From: Vulcanimicrobiota bacterium
GTDB lineage: Bacteria > Vulcanimicrobiota > Vulcanimicrobiia > Vulcanimicrobiales > Vulcanimicrobiaceae
Assembly: GCA_963820825.1 (NCBI GenBank)
Contig: CAWGBN010000008.1
Coordinates: 480,001-544,000 of the forward strand
Direction: 5' to 3'
Length of the DNA stretch: 64,000 nucleotides
The notes beneath the pieces were generated by a model. The model was not told the origin of the DNA. It saw nothing but the letters and a program-made list of their open reading frames with translations, and made no database searches. Every line of letters starts with the position of its first letter. Position 1 is the stretch's first letter. Of this stretch, positions 31,249-41,011 are shown piece after piece. The translations under genes and the position numbers were made by a program.

Positions 31249-32494
31249 GCCGAACACCTCGTTTCGTAGAATCGCCGTTCCTCGGAGTTACGCGCCGTGG
31301 CGACCGCGGCCGCAAAGTGTTCGCGCGCGGCCGCGCCGTTCCCGCGGCGCAGTTCGAGCTCGCCGCGCGCCGCGTGGTAGAACGGATACCGTCGAGCCGT
31401 TCGCGATCGCCGATTGCCTCGATCGCCTCGCAGGCCGCGCTGCGGGCCGTCGCAGTTGCGCGACCGCGATCGCGCGATTGAGCGCGACGATCGGCGAGGG
31501 CGCGATCGTGCATCAGCGTGTCGTAGAGCGAGACGATCTGCCGCCCAGTCGGTGGCCTCGAACGAAGGCGCGCGCGCGTGCACCGACGCGATCGCGGCTT
31601 CGACGTGATACCGGCTCACTGCCGTACCGGTTGCCGAACGTTCGAGCCATTCGACGGCCGCGCGATCATCGCGCGGTTCCAGCGCGAGCGATCTTGATCG
31701 AACAGCGAGCTGAGGTTCCCGGACGCGTCGAGGCGCGCCGGCAGGCGCGCCGCGTTGAGATACATCAGCGCGCACAGCGCGAGCGTCGACGGCGTGTCGC
31801 CGAGCGGATGCTCCGCGAGCAAGCGCGTGAGCCGAATCGCTTCGCGACAGAGGTCGCTGCGCACGACGGACTGCGCCGACGCACCGTGATAGCCTTCGCT
31901 GAAGATCAGATAGAGCGCGCGCTGCACGGCGGGCAAGCCGCTGCGCGAAATCGGCGGCGTCGGCAATATCGAAGAGCGCGCCCGATTCCGGCGAGCGTCT
32001 TCTTCGCGCGCGTCAGGCGCTTTTCGACGGCGGCGTGCGTGCTGACGAAGGCCGCGGCGATCTCGCGCACGCCGAAGCCGCCGACGAACTGCAGCACGAG
32101 CATCGATCTGCGCCGTTTCCGGCAAGCTGCGGATGGCAGCACGAGAACATCATCCGCAGCTGATCGTCGGGAATGCCGGTTGGATCGAAGATTTCTTCGA
32201 CGGCGTTGGCGATCGTCCACTCGGTTTGCAGCAGACGGCCGAGATCGGGCGCGAAGCGTGCGCGCGGTTCGCTCGCGGCGCAAGCACGTCGAGCGCGCGA
32301 TTCTTGGCCGTTTTCATCAGCCATGCCGACGGATTGTCGGGAACGCCGCGCAGCTTCCAGACCTCCAAAGCGCGGCAGAAGGCGTCTTGCACGACGTCTT
32401 CTGCCAGCGCGAGGTTGTGCAATCCGAACACGCGCGTAAGCGCGGCGACCATGCGCCCCGCCTCGTGGCGGAAGAGATGGTCGCTCGGCTCCAC
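31227..32494 (-). CDS. ECF sigma factor with C-terminal TPR extension (ECF42-like; several indels)
   Basis: AEDVVQDAF, PDNPSAWL, DDQLRMMFSCCHP, LYLIFSEGY, QDRSRW, EAAIASVH in different frames. Confidence 0.85.
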
Positions 32495-32495
32495 G

Positions 32496-32838
32496 TTACA
32501 TGTCCATCTTCATGATCGGCCGGACCTCGACGATCCCGCCCACGTTCGAGAATCGGACAGCCGCTGCGCGAGTTCCGCGGCGCGCGCTAGATTCTCGGCT
32601 TCGACGAGCGTGAAACCGCCGACGAGATCCTTCGCTTCGGCGAACGGGCCGTCGGTCACGGTGCCGCCTTGTCCCGTGACCACCTTGCCCTCGTCTTCGA
32701 GCGGCTGGCCGGGATCTTTCAGGTTGCCGCTGGCCGTGAGGTCCTTCATCCAGTTCAGCCACTTTTGCATGATCTGCTGGGACTCTTCGGCGTCGCGCCG
32801 CGCTGGCCGCCGCGGTAGAGATAGAGAAATTCCGCCAT
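32496..32838 (-). CDS. YciI/DGPF family protein (indels)
   Basis: MAEFLYLYRGG start with AAGGAGG SD; TDGPFAEAKDLVGGF; EVRPI. Confidence 0.88.
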
Positions 32839-32873
32839 GTCATTGCCTCCTTCAGGGTGTTTGATGCACCCTA

Positions 32874-32900
32874 GACGTTTGAGCGGGGCGCTTGCGGACA
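32874..32900 (-). promoter_or_regulatory. ECF42-type promoter TGTCCG-N17-CGTC
   Basis: Resembles the described ECF42 consensus (TGTCGA ... CG(A/T)C); same spacing as the site before the second YciI gene. Confidence 0.6.
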
Positions 32901-32958
32901 TTTTCGCGGCTGGATTTTGCGCGGAGGCGCCGGCCGAGCGCCGTCGCGATCGAACGGA

Positions 32959-33252
32959 CTACGTGCCCGAGCGGTGACGGTAGACGATACGACCCTTGGT
33001 TAGGTCGTAGGGCGACATCTCGAGATCGACGCGGTCGCCGGGAAGAATCCGAATGCGGTGGCGCCGCAGCCGACCCGCGACGTGTGCGAGCACGACGTGT
33101 CCGTTGTCGAGCTCGACCGAGAACGTGGCGCTCGGGAAGACTTGCTTGACGTTTCCCGCGACCTCGAGTGCGGGCTCCTTGAGGTCCTGGGTGGCGGCTC
33201 CGGCCTTGGGCGGGCGCGGGCCGGTTTTGAAGCGTCTATTGCGGCCTGGTAT
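32959..33252 (-). CDS. infA: Translation initiation factor IF-1 with N-terminal extension, non-canonical ATA start
   Basis: Translation ...[70 protein letters not shown] 9 nt upstream of ATA; absent from ORF track. Confidence 0.9.
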   Translation of the reverse strand: MPGRNRRFKTGPRPPKAGAATQDLKEPALEVAGNVKQVFPSATFSVELDNGHVVLAHVAGRLRRHRIRILPGDRVDLEMSPYDLTKGRIVYRHRSGT

Positions 33253-33420
33253 CGGAAGATACTCCTATCGGAAGCGCGGGATGAGACGTATCATACATCT
33301 CACAAAAGCGCGGACCGCGCAACCAACCGTGCTTAACAATTGGCACGCTGCGAGGAAAGTCTCAGGCGATCTCTCGCCTGCCTGCAACGCTCTCGCGCCT
33401 TTTTGCGTTATTACCTTCGT

Positions 33421-33762
33421 ATGGATTGTACGTTTTCGCCGGTTGCGGCGCTCGCTATCACGCAGTCAAACGGACGGGTCGCCTCTGAGACGTCAGAGCC
33501 GGTCTACGGCGGATACGCCAACCCGCGCGGCGAGATCTTTCTCTTTGCTAAGGACCTGGTCTACCGCGTCAACTTCAAGACGCACGTTCTCCAGCGCCGT
33601 CCGCCGCTCAACCCGGGCGCCCAAGCGCGTTACGACGCAACCGCGGCCGGCGAGCAGTTTGAGTACGGCAATCGAACCTTCCGCCGCCTGAGCCACGAAC
33701 AGATCGCCGAGATCTGCGAAGCGAATCGCTTCAAAGTGAGCGCCGGCTCACATTACTCCTAG
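33421..33762 (+). CDS. Hypothetical protein
   Basis: Fills the gap between infA and NiCoT with coding-like codon usage; no motif recognised. Confidence 0.45.
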   Translation: MDCTFSPVAALAITQSNGRVASETSEPVYGGYANPRGEIFLFAKDLVYRVNFKTHVLQRRPPLNPGAQARYDATAAGEQFEYGNRTFRRLSHEQIAEICEANRFKVSAGSHYS

Positions 33763-34755
33763 CTCATCGTAGCGAAGCAGTTTGTAGACCCCGACCGAGA
33801 CGAGCCAGCTCGCTAGGAAGAGTCCAACGATGACGAAGCCGAGCGCGCCGAAGTTTTCGTTCACCGCTCGGATCGCGTCCCACACGCCGCCGTTGAGCTG
33901 AAGCCGATCGGCAATTACGCTGGTCGCCTCGAGCATTCCGACGATCGCCGCAACGAGCACCGAGACCAGCGTAATCACCAGATTGTAGTAGAGCTTACGC
34001 ATCGGCTTGATGAAAGCCCAGCCGTAGGCGCCGACCATCACGATTCCGTCGGCGGTATCGATCAGCGACATTCCCGCGGTGAAGAGCAGCGGAAAGAGTA
34101 GGATCGCAAAGACCGGCAACCCTTTACCGGCTTCGACCGCAGCAATTCCGATCAACGCGACCTCGGTTGCGGTATCGAATCCCAGCCCGAAGAGCAGCCC
34201 CACCGGGTACATCTTCCAACTGCGGTCGACGAGTTTGAGCAACGGTCGAAAGCACCGGCCGAGCAGCCCGCGCCGATCGAGCATCGCGCCGAGGCTCGCC
34301 TCTTCGACCGATTCGCCTCGCCGCGCGCGAGCAAAGGCGGTGAAGATCTCGAGGAGCACGATGAGATTGATCGCGGCGACGATCAGCAAAAACGTCGCCG
34401 AGACCGACGTTCCAACCAGCGCTCCCGCGTGCGCGAGCGCGGGGAGCCGGCCTTTGACCAGCGCGGCGGCAACGGCGATTGCGAGCGAGAGCGCGACGAC
34501 CACCGTCGAGTGACCGAGCGAGAAGAAAAAGCCGACCCCGACGGGGCGGCGTCCCTCCTGCATGAGTTTGCGCGTGACGTTGTCGATCGCGCAGATATGG
34601 TCGGCGTCCACGGCGTGGCGCAATCCAAAGGTAAAGGCGAGCAGCGCCGTGCCCAGCAGGACCGGATGCGACCAAAAGGCGGCGAAGGCCAGCGCCCATG
34701 CGCCGATGTTGAGCGCAACCAGAACCGAGACGAGACTATAGATACGCGCGCGCAT
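33748..34755 (-). CDS. NiCoT (HoxN/NixA) nickel/cobalt permease, copy 1
   Basis: GLRHAVDADHI, FFSLGHSTVV, GLGFDTATE signature motifs. Confidence 0.95.
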   Translation of the reverse strand: MRARIYSLVSVLVALNIGAWALAFAAFWSHPVLLGTALLAFTFGLRHAVDADHICAIDNVTRKLMQEGRRPVGVGFFFSLGHSTVVVALSLAIAVAAALVKGRLPALAHAGALVGTSVSATFLLIVAAINLIVLLEIFTAFARARRGESVEEASLGAMLDRRGLLGRCFRPLLKLVDRSWKMYPVGLLFGLGFDTATEVALIGIAAVEAGKGLPVFAILLFPLLFTAGMSLIDTADGIVMVGAYGWAFIKPMRKLYYNLVITLVSVLVAAIVGMLEATSVIADRLQLNGGVWDAIRAVNENFGALGFVIVGLFLASWLVSVGVYKLLRYDELGVM

Positions 34756-36034
34756 CGTCGGCATAGAACGGATGGAATTGCGGGTCGGCGGCGAGTGCCG
34801 CACTTAGCCGTCGCCGAGCCTCGTCGCGCCGCCCGGCATGCCAGGCGACGATCCCGGCGTGATACTGAAGCTCGGGATCCTGCGTGCCGTAGCGGGTCGC
34901 GCGCTGCGAGTACCGGCGCGCCTCGCGCCAACGCCCCATCGCGGCGAGCACCCAGGCCATCGTATCGTCGGCATAGATTTCGTCGCCGCGCTTGGCGAGA
35001 TCGGAGCGTGCCGCGGCCAGCGCGGCGCTCAAGTGCTCCCGATGTTCGGCATAGTACATCGCGAGCAAACGATCGTTGACGCCTTGCGCGTTGAAGAGCC
35101 GCTGCTCGGCCGATATCAGCGCGTCGGTTCGCCGCGCGCCCGCTTCGTCGCCGAGCGCGCGCTGCGCGTCGGCTTCATATCCGAGCGCTTGCGGTAACGG
35201 GTAGAGCTCGGCGCTGCGCTTCGCCGCGGCCAGCGCCCGGGGCCAATCGCCATGCGCGCGGTAGAGTTTCGCTTCGAAGAGCAAGGCCTGTGCGTTGTCG
35301 GGAAAGAGCCGTAACGCTTCGCCGAACTCGCGCTCGGCCGCAGAAGCGTCGCCGGCTTCGAAGGCGAGCTGCGCCGCGCGGGTGTGATACCACGAACGCG
35401 TGTAGGCCGAGACCGCGATCAGGCGATCGATCAGCAGGGTAGCCTGCGCCATCGCGACGCGCGCGCCGGTTTGATTGCCGGTGAGCTCGTCGTAACGCGC
35501 CCGGATCGAGAGCCAAGTCGGATTGATCTCTTGCTGCACTGGGCGATCGAGAATTTGCCGCGCCTGCGAATAGTGGCCCAGCTCCATTAGGATCGAAGCC
35601 ATCTGCGCCCGGGAGCCGTCGTCGAAGGGTATCGCCGCGACGGCCTCGCGTTGCGCTTGCAACGCCTCGCCGAACCGGTGAAGGGCGAGGTCGGACGAAG
35701 CGACGACGCTAAGCGCCGCGGCGTTGCCCTGCGGCTGCAGGCGCAGCGACGCCGTCGCAACGGCGAGCGCGCGGTTGACGTCGTTGAAATCGCCCGTTTC
35801 ACGGAATCGCTGCAAGTACTCGGCGCCCAGCGTGCGCCGCGTGATCTGATCGTCGGCGTCGCGCCGCGCGAGCGCTTCGTAGAACGTGATGGTCGCGTTG
35901 CGCTGCCGATAATCCGTCGGAACCGGAGCAGTCGCCGGCGCACCGGCTTGCGCGCGATCGGCGCCGAGCCACGGCCACGCCGCCCCGACCGCGATTGCCG
36001 CCGCGATGGCGGCAATCGCACCAGACCGTCGCAT
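34736..36034 (-). CDS. Secreted/membrane-anchored TPR protein
   Basis: N-terminal hydrophobic segment, RETGD motif, repeated Ala-rich helical TPRs. Confidence 0.8.
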   Translation of the reverse strand: MRRSGAIAAIAAAIAVGAAWPWLGADRAQAGAPATAPVPTDYRQRNATITFYEALARRDADDQITRRTLGAEYLQRFRETGDFNDVNRALAVATASLRLQPQGNAAALSVVASSDLALHRFGEALQAQREAVAAIPFDDGSRAQMASILMELGHYSQARQILDRPVQQEINPTWLSIRARYDELTGNQTGARVAMAQATLLIDRLIAVSAYTRSWYHTRAAQLAFEAGDASAAEREFGEALRLFPDNAQALLFEAKLYRAHGDWPRALAAAKRSAELYPLPQALGYEADAQRALGDEAGARRTDALISAEQRLFNAQGVNDRLLAMYYAEHREHLSAALAAARSDLAKRGDEIYADDTMAWVLAAMGRWREARRYSQRATRYGTQDPELQYHAGIVAWHAGRRDEARRRLSAALAADPQFHPFYADDARAYL

Positions 36035-36037
36035 CGT

Positions 36038-36634
36038 TTAGAGCGGAGTCTGGATGTACGGGAACGTCTTCGTATTCGACTTATCGTACGCGACGTTATC
36101 CGTGGTGAGGCAAGGGGCTTCTTTGTGATCGTCGGGGATGAGACCGAGCGCCGAGAGCGTGTTACCGAAGATGGCGCCGAGCGAGATGTCGATGATATCG
36201 TCGTCGAGCGCACGTCCGCCGAACTTGCTGCCGGTTGCGCCGCCGGTTTCGTATCCGAGGTAGGCCGCCTTCGCCGTGTCCTGCGAGAGATCGGCCTTCA
36301 TCACGTTTGGATAGAGCACCGCTTGCAGCGTCTCCGCAGTCTGTTTGCTGCGGAACATCATCGCAAACGATTTGATCTGCCCTTGGAGCGCCGGATCCTG
36401 GTAGGGCTCGGAGCGGTTGGTCTTGTTGTGGTCTTCGAAGAGCTCGAAGGCCTCTTTGACCGCCGGTCGCGACAAGAGTTCGATCTGCTTGTACGCTACC
36501 GGCTTTCCGGTCGTCTCACCGGCCGGCGCTTGCAGACCCGCTGGAACCAGCGGCGCCGACCTCGAGCTGCAGCCTCCGGCAACCGCGCCGGCCAACGCGA
36601 GCGCGACGAGCCCGATGATATATCGTAGTTTCAT
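36038..36634 (-). CDS. DUF4331-like lipoprotein
   Basis: Lipobox AGGC; Y.QIE.L.RPA, GGRAL.DDIIDISL, DNV, FPY motifs. Confidence 0.75.
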   Translation of the reverse strand: MKLRYIIGLVALALAGAVAGGCSSRSAPLVPAGLQAPAGETTGKPVAYKQIELLSRPAVKEAFELFEDHNKTNRSEPYQDPALQGQIKSFAMMFRSKQTAETLQAVLYPNVMKADLSQDTAKAAYLGYETGGATGSKFGGRALDDDIIDISLGAIFGNTLSALGLIPDDHKEAPCLTTDNVAYDKSNTKTFPYIQTPL

Positions 36635-36646
36635 TGTTCGAATCTC

Positions 36647-37465
36647 CTATTCCGGACCGCCGTCGGGCGTGCCGGTGGTCGCCCACAGGGCGATTACTCC
36701 GGGCGTTCCGCTAGCCGGTGCGAGCAGTTTCTTCGGCATCTCGATGACGATCGAGATAACGTCGAAGGGTTCGAGATAGTCGTGCGGCTTCTTGATCGCG
36801 CAGCCGTTCGAGCCGGCGGTTCCGTAGTCGACGCCGTTGAGGATGAGCTTCTGTTTCGCCGAGGCGAAGCGGAACGAAGTCGCGGTCGCGGGCGGCGTAT
36901 GCGGATGGTTCATGTAGTTGCGATCGGGAACGATCTTGAAGAACTGCGCGAGATCGAAGTAGAACGGGTCGCGCCGCGGTCCGACGAAGACCTTGATGCC
37001 GTTCTTGAGCTTGGCGACCGAGCCGAAATCGAACGTTCCGGTCTTGGAAACGATCGTGTTCGTCGTTCCGACCTCGTTCGGCGCGGCCGGGCCGTAGAGC
37101 GTGACGTGCTGAGACGTTCCCGCCGAATCGGCGGCGAACTGAAAGACGGTATCCTCTTTGATCGAGTTCGAAGCGACGCCGCTCGTTGCGATCTTGAGTT
37201 GATAGAGCACGTTTGGATCGAGTGCGATCCCTCCGGTCATCCCTTGCGGAATGAGCGGACGTACGTCCATCGCCAGCGCGACACGCGACGCGTCGTGCGG
37301 ATCGGGAAAGGCATAGACGTCGGTGATGTCGGCGAGTGGGTTTTTGACGACCGTCGGCGAGTCTTGGTGGTCGGATCCTCGCGCCGCCTTAAACGAGTAG
37401 AGCGAGATCGAGAACGCGAGCAGAAAGACCGCCGCCATCGTCCCGATGGAACGAAGCAGTTTCAT
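36647..37465 (-). CDS. DUF4331 domain secreted protein
   Basis: Signal peptide then SDHQDSP, DITDVYAF, FVGPRRDPFYFD, WATT; ATGA overlap with upstream gene. Confidence 0.82.
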   Translation of the reverse strand: MKLLRSIGTMAAVFLLAFSISLYSFKAARGSDHQDSPTVVKNPLADITDVYAFPDPHDASRVALAMDVRPLIPQGMTGGIALDPNVLYQLKIATSGVASNSIKEDTVFQFAADSAGTSQHVTLYGPAAPNEVGTTNTIVSKTGTFDFGSVAKLKNGIKVFVGPRRDPFYFDLAQFFKIVPDRNYMNHPHTPPATATSFRFASAKQKLILNGVDYGTAGSNGCAIKKPHDYLEPFDVISIVIEMPKKLLAPASGTPGVIALWATTGTPDGGPE

Positions 37466-38946
37466 GTGGTCTCCTTGATGATCAGCGTGCGGTGCGCGGA
37501 CCGCGTGGTGAGGAAAACCGGGAAGACGGCTGCCGCCGCAACGGCGAACAGCACCGATACGACCGCAGCGAGCGGCGCGATCGACAGACCCTCGGCGCGC
37601 ACGCCTTGGGCGAGCATCACCGCGCCGACGATCGCGATGACGCCGCCGGTGAGAAAGGGCGCGACGCGCGCAACCCGCGCAAAGAGCGTCTGCCGACCGA
37701 GCCACGCCGCGCCGTGCACGACCGCGAGGCCGATCGCGCCGAGCACCGTCGCCAAGCCGAGACTGAAGACGACAATCAGCGCGAGTCCGTAGCCGACGCG
37801 ATGCAGGTGCAGCGCGGTGAGCAAGACGACGATCGCGGCCGGACAGGGGGCGATGCCGCCGCTCATCGCCGCGACGACCGCGCTGCGAAAGTGTAGCGGC
37901 TGCGAGCCCGGCAGTGCATGCGAGTGCGGGCGAGCGTGATGGTGACGGTGTTGATGGCGATGCGCGACGAGATGCCCCAACGCGCTCGAGAGCGCGCGCG
38001 CCGCGATGAAGGCAATGGCGGCGCCCGAGATCAGCGTGATCCACGTGAAGAGCCGCTCGGTCGCGAAACCGGCAGCGACGCAGAGCAGCAGGCCGATCAG
38101 AACGACCGCCGCCGTGTGCGCGACGGTAAGCGCGGCGGCGAGAATCAGCGCTTGCCTAAACGTCGCACGCGCACCGACGAGGGTGAAGGCCAAGAGCGCC
38201 TTACCATGTCCGGGCTCGAGTCCGTGCAGTGCTCCCAGCCCGAAGGCTGCAAGGATCGTGAAGACGATCCACCACGGCGTCTGCCCGTCGCGTGCGAGGA
38301 GATCGGAGAGCGCCGACGCTCGCACGATCGAGCTGGGGCCCCATCCGGAGTCGTCGCCCCCGCCGATGCGAGCGTGCGCGATTTTGCCATTGACGACGTT
38401 GAACGTCGCCGTATCGTTTTGGCGCGGCGAACCGACGAGCGCGTTTGGATAGGAGCGCAGCGCGTCGGTTGGATCGGTCGTGCCGGGCAGAACGACATCT
38501 TTCCAACCGATTCGCCGGTCGGCATAGACGGCGTCGCGAACGGCAACGGCTGCCGTCGGAGGCAACGGTGCGGTGTAATCGCCGGTCCAATAGAGAATCG
38601 GCAAGCCTCCCGCGCCCGGTCGCGTCTGCGCTGCCGTGCGCTCGAGATGAAGCGGCAGCGCAACGCCGTTTGCTTCAATCTCGAGTCCGCCGGCGACGAG
38701 TGCGCTCTCGCCGTTCGCCCAATCGCGCATTCGCGCCGGCGACCAGGTTCCGGCCGCATGCATGATTTGAAAGGTCGGAATCTCGGCGATATCGAGCACG
38801 TAGTGAATGCGGAGCTCCGTCGTCTTCGCATCGATGCGCGCGAGGTGATTGATCGTAAAGTTACCCAGAGGGTGGGCGGCGGCACTGCCGGCTCCCAGTA
38901 GCGACAAGCACACCGCCCACGAGATACACGCCGCAGCGCGCGTCAC
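37462..38946 (-). CDS. RcnA-like nickel/cobalt transporter with periplasmic N-terminal domain
   Basis: AHPLGNFTINH after signal peptide; HGLEPGHGK, TVAHT, His-rich loop, GIAPCPAA. Confidence 0.85.
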   Translation of the reverse strand: MTRAAACISWAVCLSLLGAGSAAAHPLGNFTINHLARIDAKTTELRIHYVLDIAEIPTFQIMHAAGTWSPARMRDWANGESALVAGGLEIEANGVALPLHLERTAAQTRPGAGGLPILYWTGDYTAPLPPTAAVAVRDAVYADRRIGWKDVVLPGTTDPTDALRSYPNALVGSPRQNDTATFNVVNGKIAHARIGGGDDSGWGPSSIVRASALSDLLARDGQTPWWIVFTILAAFGLGALHGLEPGHGKALLAFTLVGARATFRQALILAAALTVAHTAAVVLIGLLLCVAAGFATERLFTWITLISGAAIAFIAARALSSALGHLVAHRHQHRHHHARPHSHALPGSQPLHFRSAVVAAMSGGIAPCPAAIVVLLTALHLHRVGYGLALIVVFSLGLATVLGAIGLAVVHGAAWLGRQTLFARVARVAPFLTGGVIAIVGAVMLAQGVRAEGLSIAPLAAVVSVLFAVAAAAVFPVFLTTRSAHRTLIIKETT

Positions 38947-38983
38947 GTTTCGAAGCTCCTTTCTCCATTTTCGTCTTCGCTCT

Positions 38984-39009
38984 AACGGCGGAGAGAGGCG
39001 CTTGGATTG
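38984..39009 (-). promoter_or_regulatory. Possible ECF (SigK-like) promoter CAATCC-N16-CGTT for the RcnA/DUF4331 operon
   Basis: Resembles CCATCC...CGAA-type ECF promoters; lies about 40 nt upstream of the GTG start. Confidence 0.3.
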
Positions 39010-39036
39010 GGGTCGGCGAGATTTTTTTTTGGGCGG

Positions 39037-39780
39037 CTACGGTTTTGCGGCGAGCGAGTCGCTCTGCAGTTGAAGCGTCGTCTGCGATTTCACGGTCTGG
39101 TATTGATTCGCGCGTTCGCTGCGTTCGGTCGAATCTTCGGCGATCGAGAGCGGCAGCGTCTTGCTCACGTCGTAACCGATCGTTGCCGATACCTCGCGCG
39201 TGTACGCTCGCGCGCCCGTTCCGTTCACCGTACGCGTTTCGACGATCTTGAGGATGCCGCCGGCATTCTGGACGATCGAAAAGTCCGAGGCCGTGGTAAA
39301 ATCGGGCGCACTCTCGGCAACGTGCCAGTGCTGCTTGGGGTCGATCTGCGTTGGATCGACGAAGGTGGGCCCGAGCAGTCGCACCAGCGCGAGCTCCTCG
39401 GCGGTCACCTTGGCATTCGGATCGCAGATCACGTTCGTATTGCCGAAGACGACGCAGGTCGCGGGCGGGGCAGAGCGCGAGCCTTGAGCCTGCTCGCTGA
39501 CGCTCACTACCAATCCGCGATCGGGCTGCTCGTGGATCACGTCGACCGCAATCGTTCCTTTATCTTGCGTACCGCCGCCAAAGTCGCTCATTCCTGAGCC
39601 CGAGGTGCCGCCGCTCTCGGTCATTCCGGAGTTCTGCATCTGCAGATCGGTCGTCGTTCCCCACGTAAACGCGTAGACGAGATGGCGCTGCGGCTTCGCC
39701 GCCTGAGCGAACGTCTCGAGCGGGACGAAGAGTGCAAGAATGAACGCAGCCAAACACGAGCTCACTCGCACGCCGGTCAT
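39037..39780 (-). CDS. Hypothetical secreted protein
   Basis: Signal peptide ending FAQA; C-x8-C motif; start uncertain. Confidence 0.6.
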   Translation of the reverse strand: MTGVRVSSCLAAFILALFVPLETFAQAAKPQRHLVYAFTWGTTTDLQMQNSGMTESGGTSGSGMSDFGGGTQDKGTIAVDVIHEQPDRGLVVSVSEQAQGSRSAPPATCVVFGNTNVICDPNAKVTAEELALVRLLGPTFVDPTQIDPKQHWHVAESAPDFTTASDFSIVQNAGGILKIVETRTVNGTGARAYTREVSATIGYDVSKTLPLSIAEDSTERSERANQYQTVKSQTTLQLQSDSLAAKP

Positions 39781-39886
39781 TTTAGTTGCGCGCGCCATGA
39801 TATCCTCGACCGCAGTGAAGCGCCGCATTACGTCGAAAGCCGCACGCCATGATGCGACCGCTTTGTAGCCTGCGCTAGCTCCGCCC

Positions 39887-40321
39887 ATGGAACCACTCGA
39901 TCTTCGAACGAAGCCGCCGCGGAGTTGCCACGCCGAGCTCGACGGGCTGATGCTCATGCCGCGGACGATCGACAAGCTGCGCGCGCAGCTTCCCGGCGGA
40001 GATCCGGGAGTCTACTTCATCAACGGCCCCATCAAGGGCATCTCGGGATATCTGCTCGACCGTTTGGGCGTTGGCGAAGCCGAACTCCGCGAAGCGGTCG
40101 CCGCGGCCGCGAGCGAAGACGACGTCGCGGCGTGGCTGCGCCGGCACACCGATGCTGCGCAGTATCCGGCGATCAATGCGACCTTACGGCGCATCAAACC
40201 CAAGCACGCCGAAGACGAGACCTACTTTCGCAGCGAGTACGCCGCTACGATGGCGGCGCGTCCGGATCTGGAGTTCATCATCGACATCGTCGACGCCGAC
40301 GACGAGCGGATCTTCGGCTAG
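39887..40321 (+). CDS. DUF5069 family protein
   Basis: DLRTKPPRS, LMPRTIDKLRA, D.DD near the C-terminus. Confidence 0.75.
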   Translation: MEPLDLRTKPPRSCHAELDGLMLMPRTIDKLRAQLPGGDPGVYFINGPIKGISGYLLDRLGVGEAELREAVAAAASEDDVAAWLRRHTDAAQYPAINATLRRIKPKHAEDETYFRSEYAATMAARPDLEFIIDIVDADDERIFG

Positions 40322-40899
40322 GCGTTGGGACAGGCGTGGACCCGGTGCGGCCGCACGTCGGAGTCCCACAAGCGTTTCGTCCAGCAGTCGCCCAGCAGCG
40401 AACAGTAGCACAGGCTGAGATCGATCCGGCGGATGTCGGCGATCACCCGGCGCGCGATGAACTTTCCACGAACGCTCAGGAGCATCAGTTTGGTGCCGGA
40501 TGGGATGACGTCGCCGGGGACGATGGTGCTCACGCTCATCGACAATGCGCCGTGGGTATGTGACCTCGCCGCATCGGTCCGCGCCTCACGCATGTCGGGA
40601 TCGATTGCGACCTGCAGCGCCGGCTGAGTCGTCGGGGTGGCGGGCAGCGCGAGCGGTTTGCCGTCGCGAGTCACCAGCGAAGTGTAGACGAGCGCGGGCC
40701 CGATTCCCGGGTTGCTGACGTCGAGTTCGAAGCTCTCGGGCGAACTCGTCGTGATGTAGGTCAGGTAGGGCCAGACGGTCGCGCTGAATTGGCTGCGGAT
40801 CACGTAGGTTTGATATGCCGACGAAGCTGCGGCGACGCCGCTGATGAGCAGCGCCAGAAGGGCGATCATCAAGTCGAACCGGAAGCGCTTCTCCTCCAC
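40318..40899 (-). CDS. Hypothetical membrane-anchored protein
   Basis: N-terminal TM segment, SATVWPYL, N.GIGPA, CYCSLLGDCW. Confidence 0.7.
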   Translation of the reverse strand: MEEKRFRFDLMIALLALLISGVAAASSAYQTYVIRSQFSATVWPYLTYITTSSPESFELDVSNPGIGPALVYTSLVTRDGKPLALPATPTTQPALQVAIDPDMREARTDAARSHTHGALSMSVSTIVPGDVIPSGTKLMLLSVRGKFIARRVIADIRRIDLSLCYCSLLGDCWTKRLWDSDVRPHRVHACPNA

Positions 40900-40927
40900 G
40901 CCGCAAGTCTTCTCGCTCCGCGCCCTC

Positions 40928-40991
40928 TGTCATCCTGAGCGAAGGTGCGAAGCAGCGGAAGCTGAAGAGGCCGCAGTTAGCGGCCTCTTCA
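40928..40991 (+). repeat. TGTC-type REP-like element (left) with adjoining 12-bp hairpin
   Basis: TGTCATCCTGAGCGAAGGTGCGAAGCAGCGGA followed by TGAAGAGGCCGC-N5-GCGGCCTCTTCA (40963-40991). Confidence 0.7.
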
Positions 40992-41011
40992 CGATGCTGC
41001 GAGATTCTTAC

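Noticed and set aside
39022..39030. T9 homopolymer as a phase-variation tract
   Set aside because: It is intergenic and upstream of the putative promoter; an UP-element-like tract or read error is equally likely.
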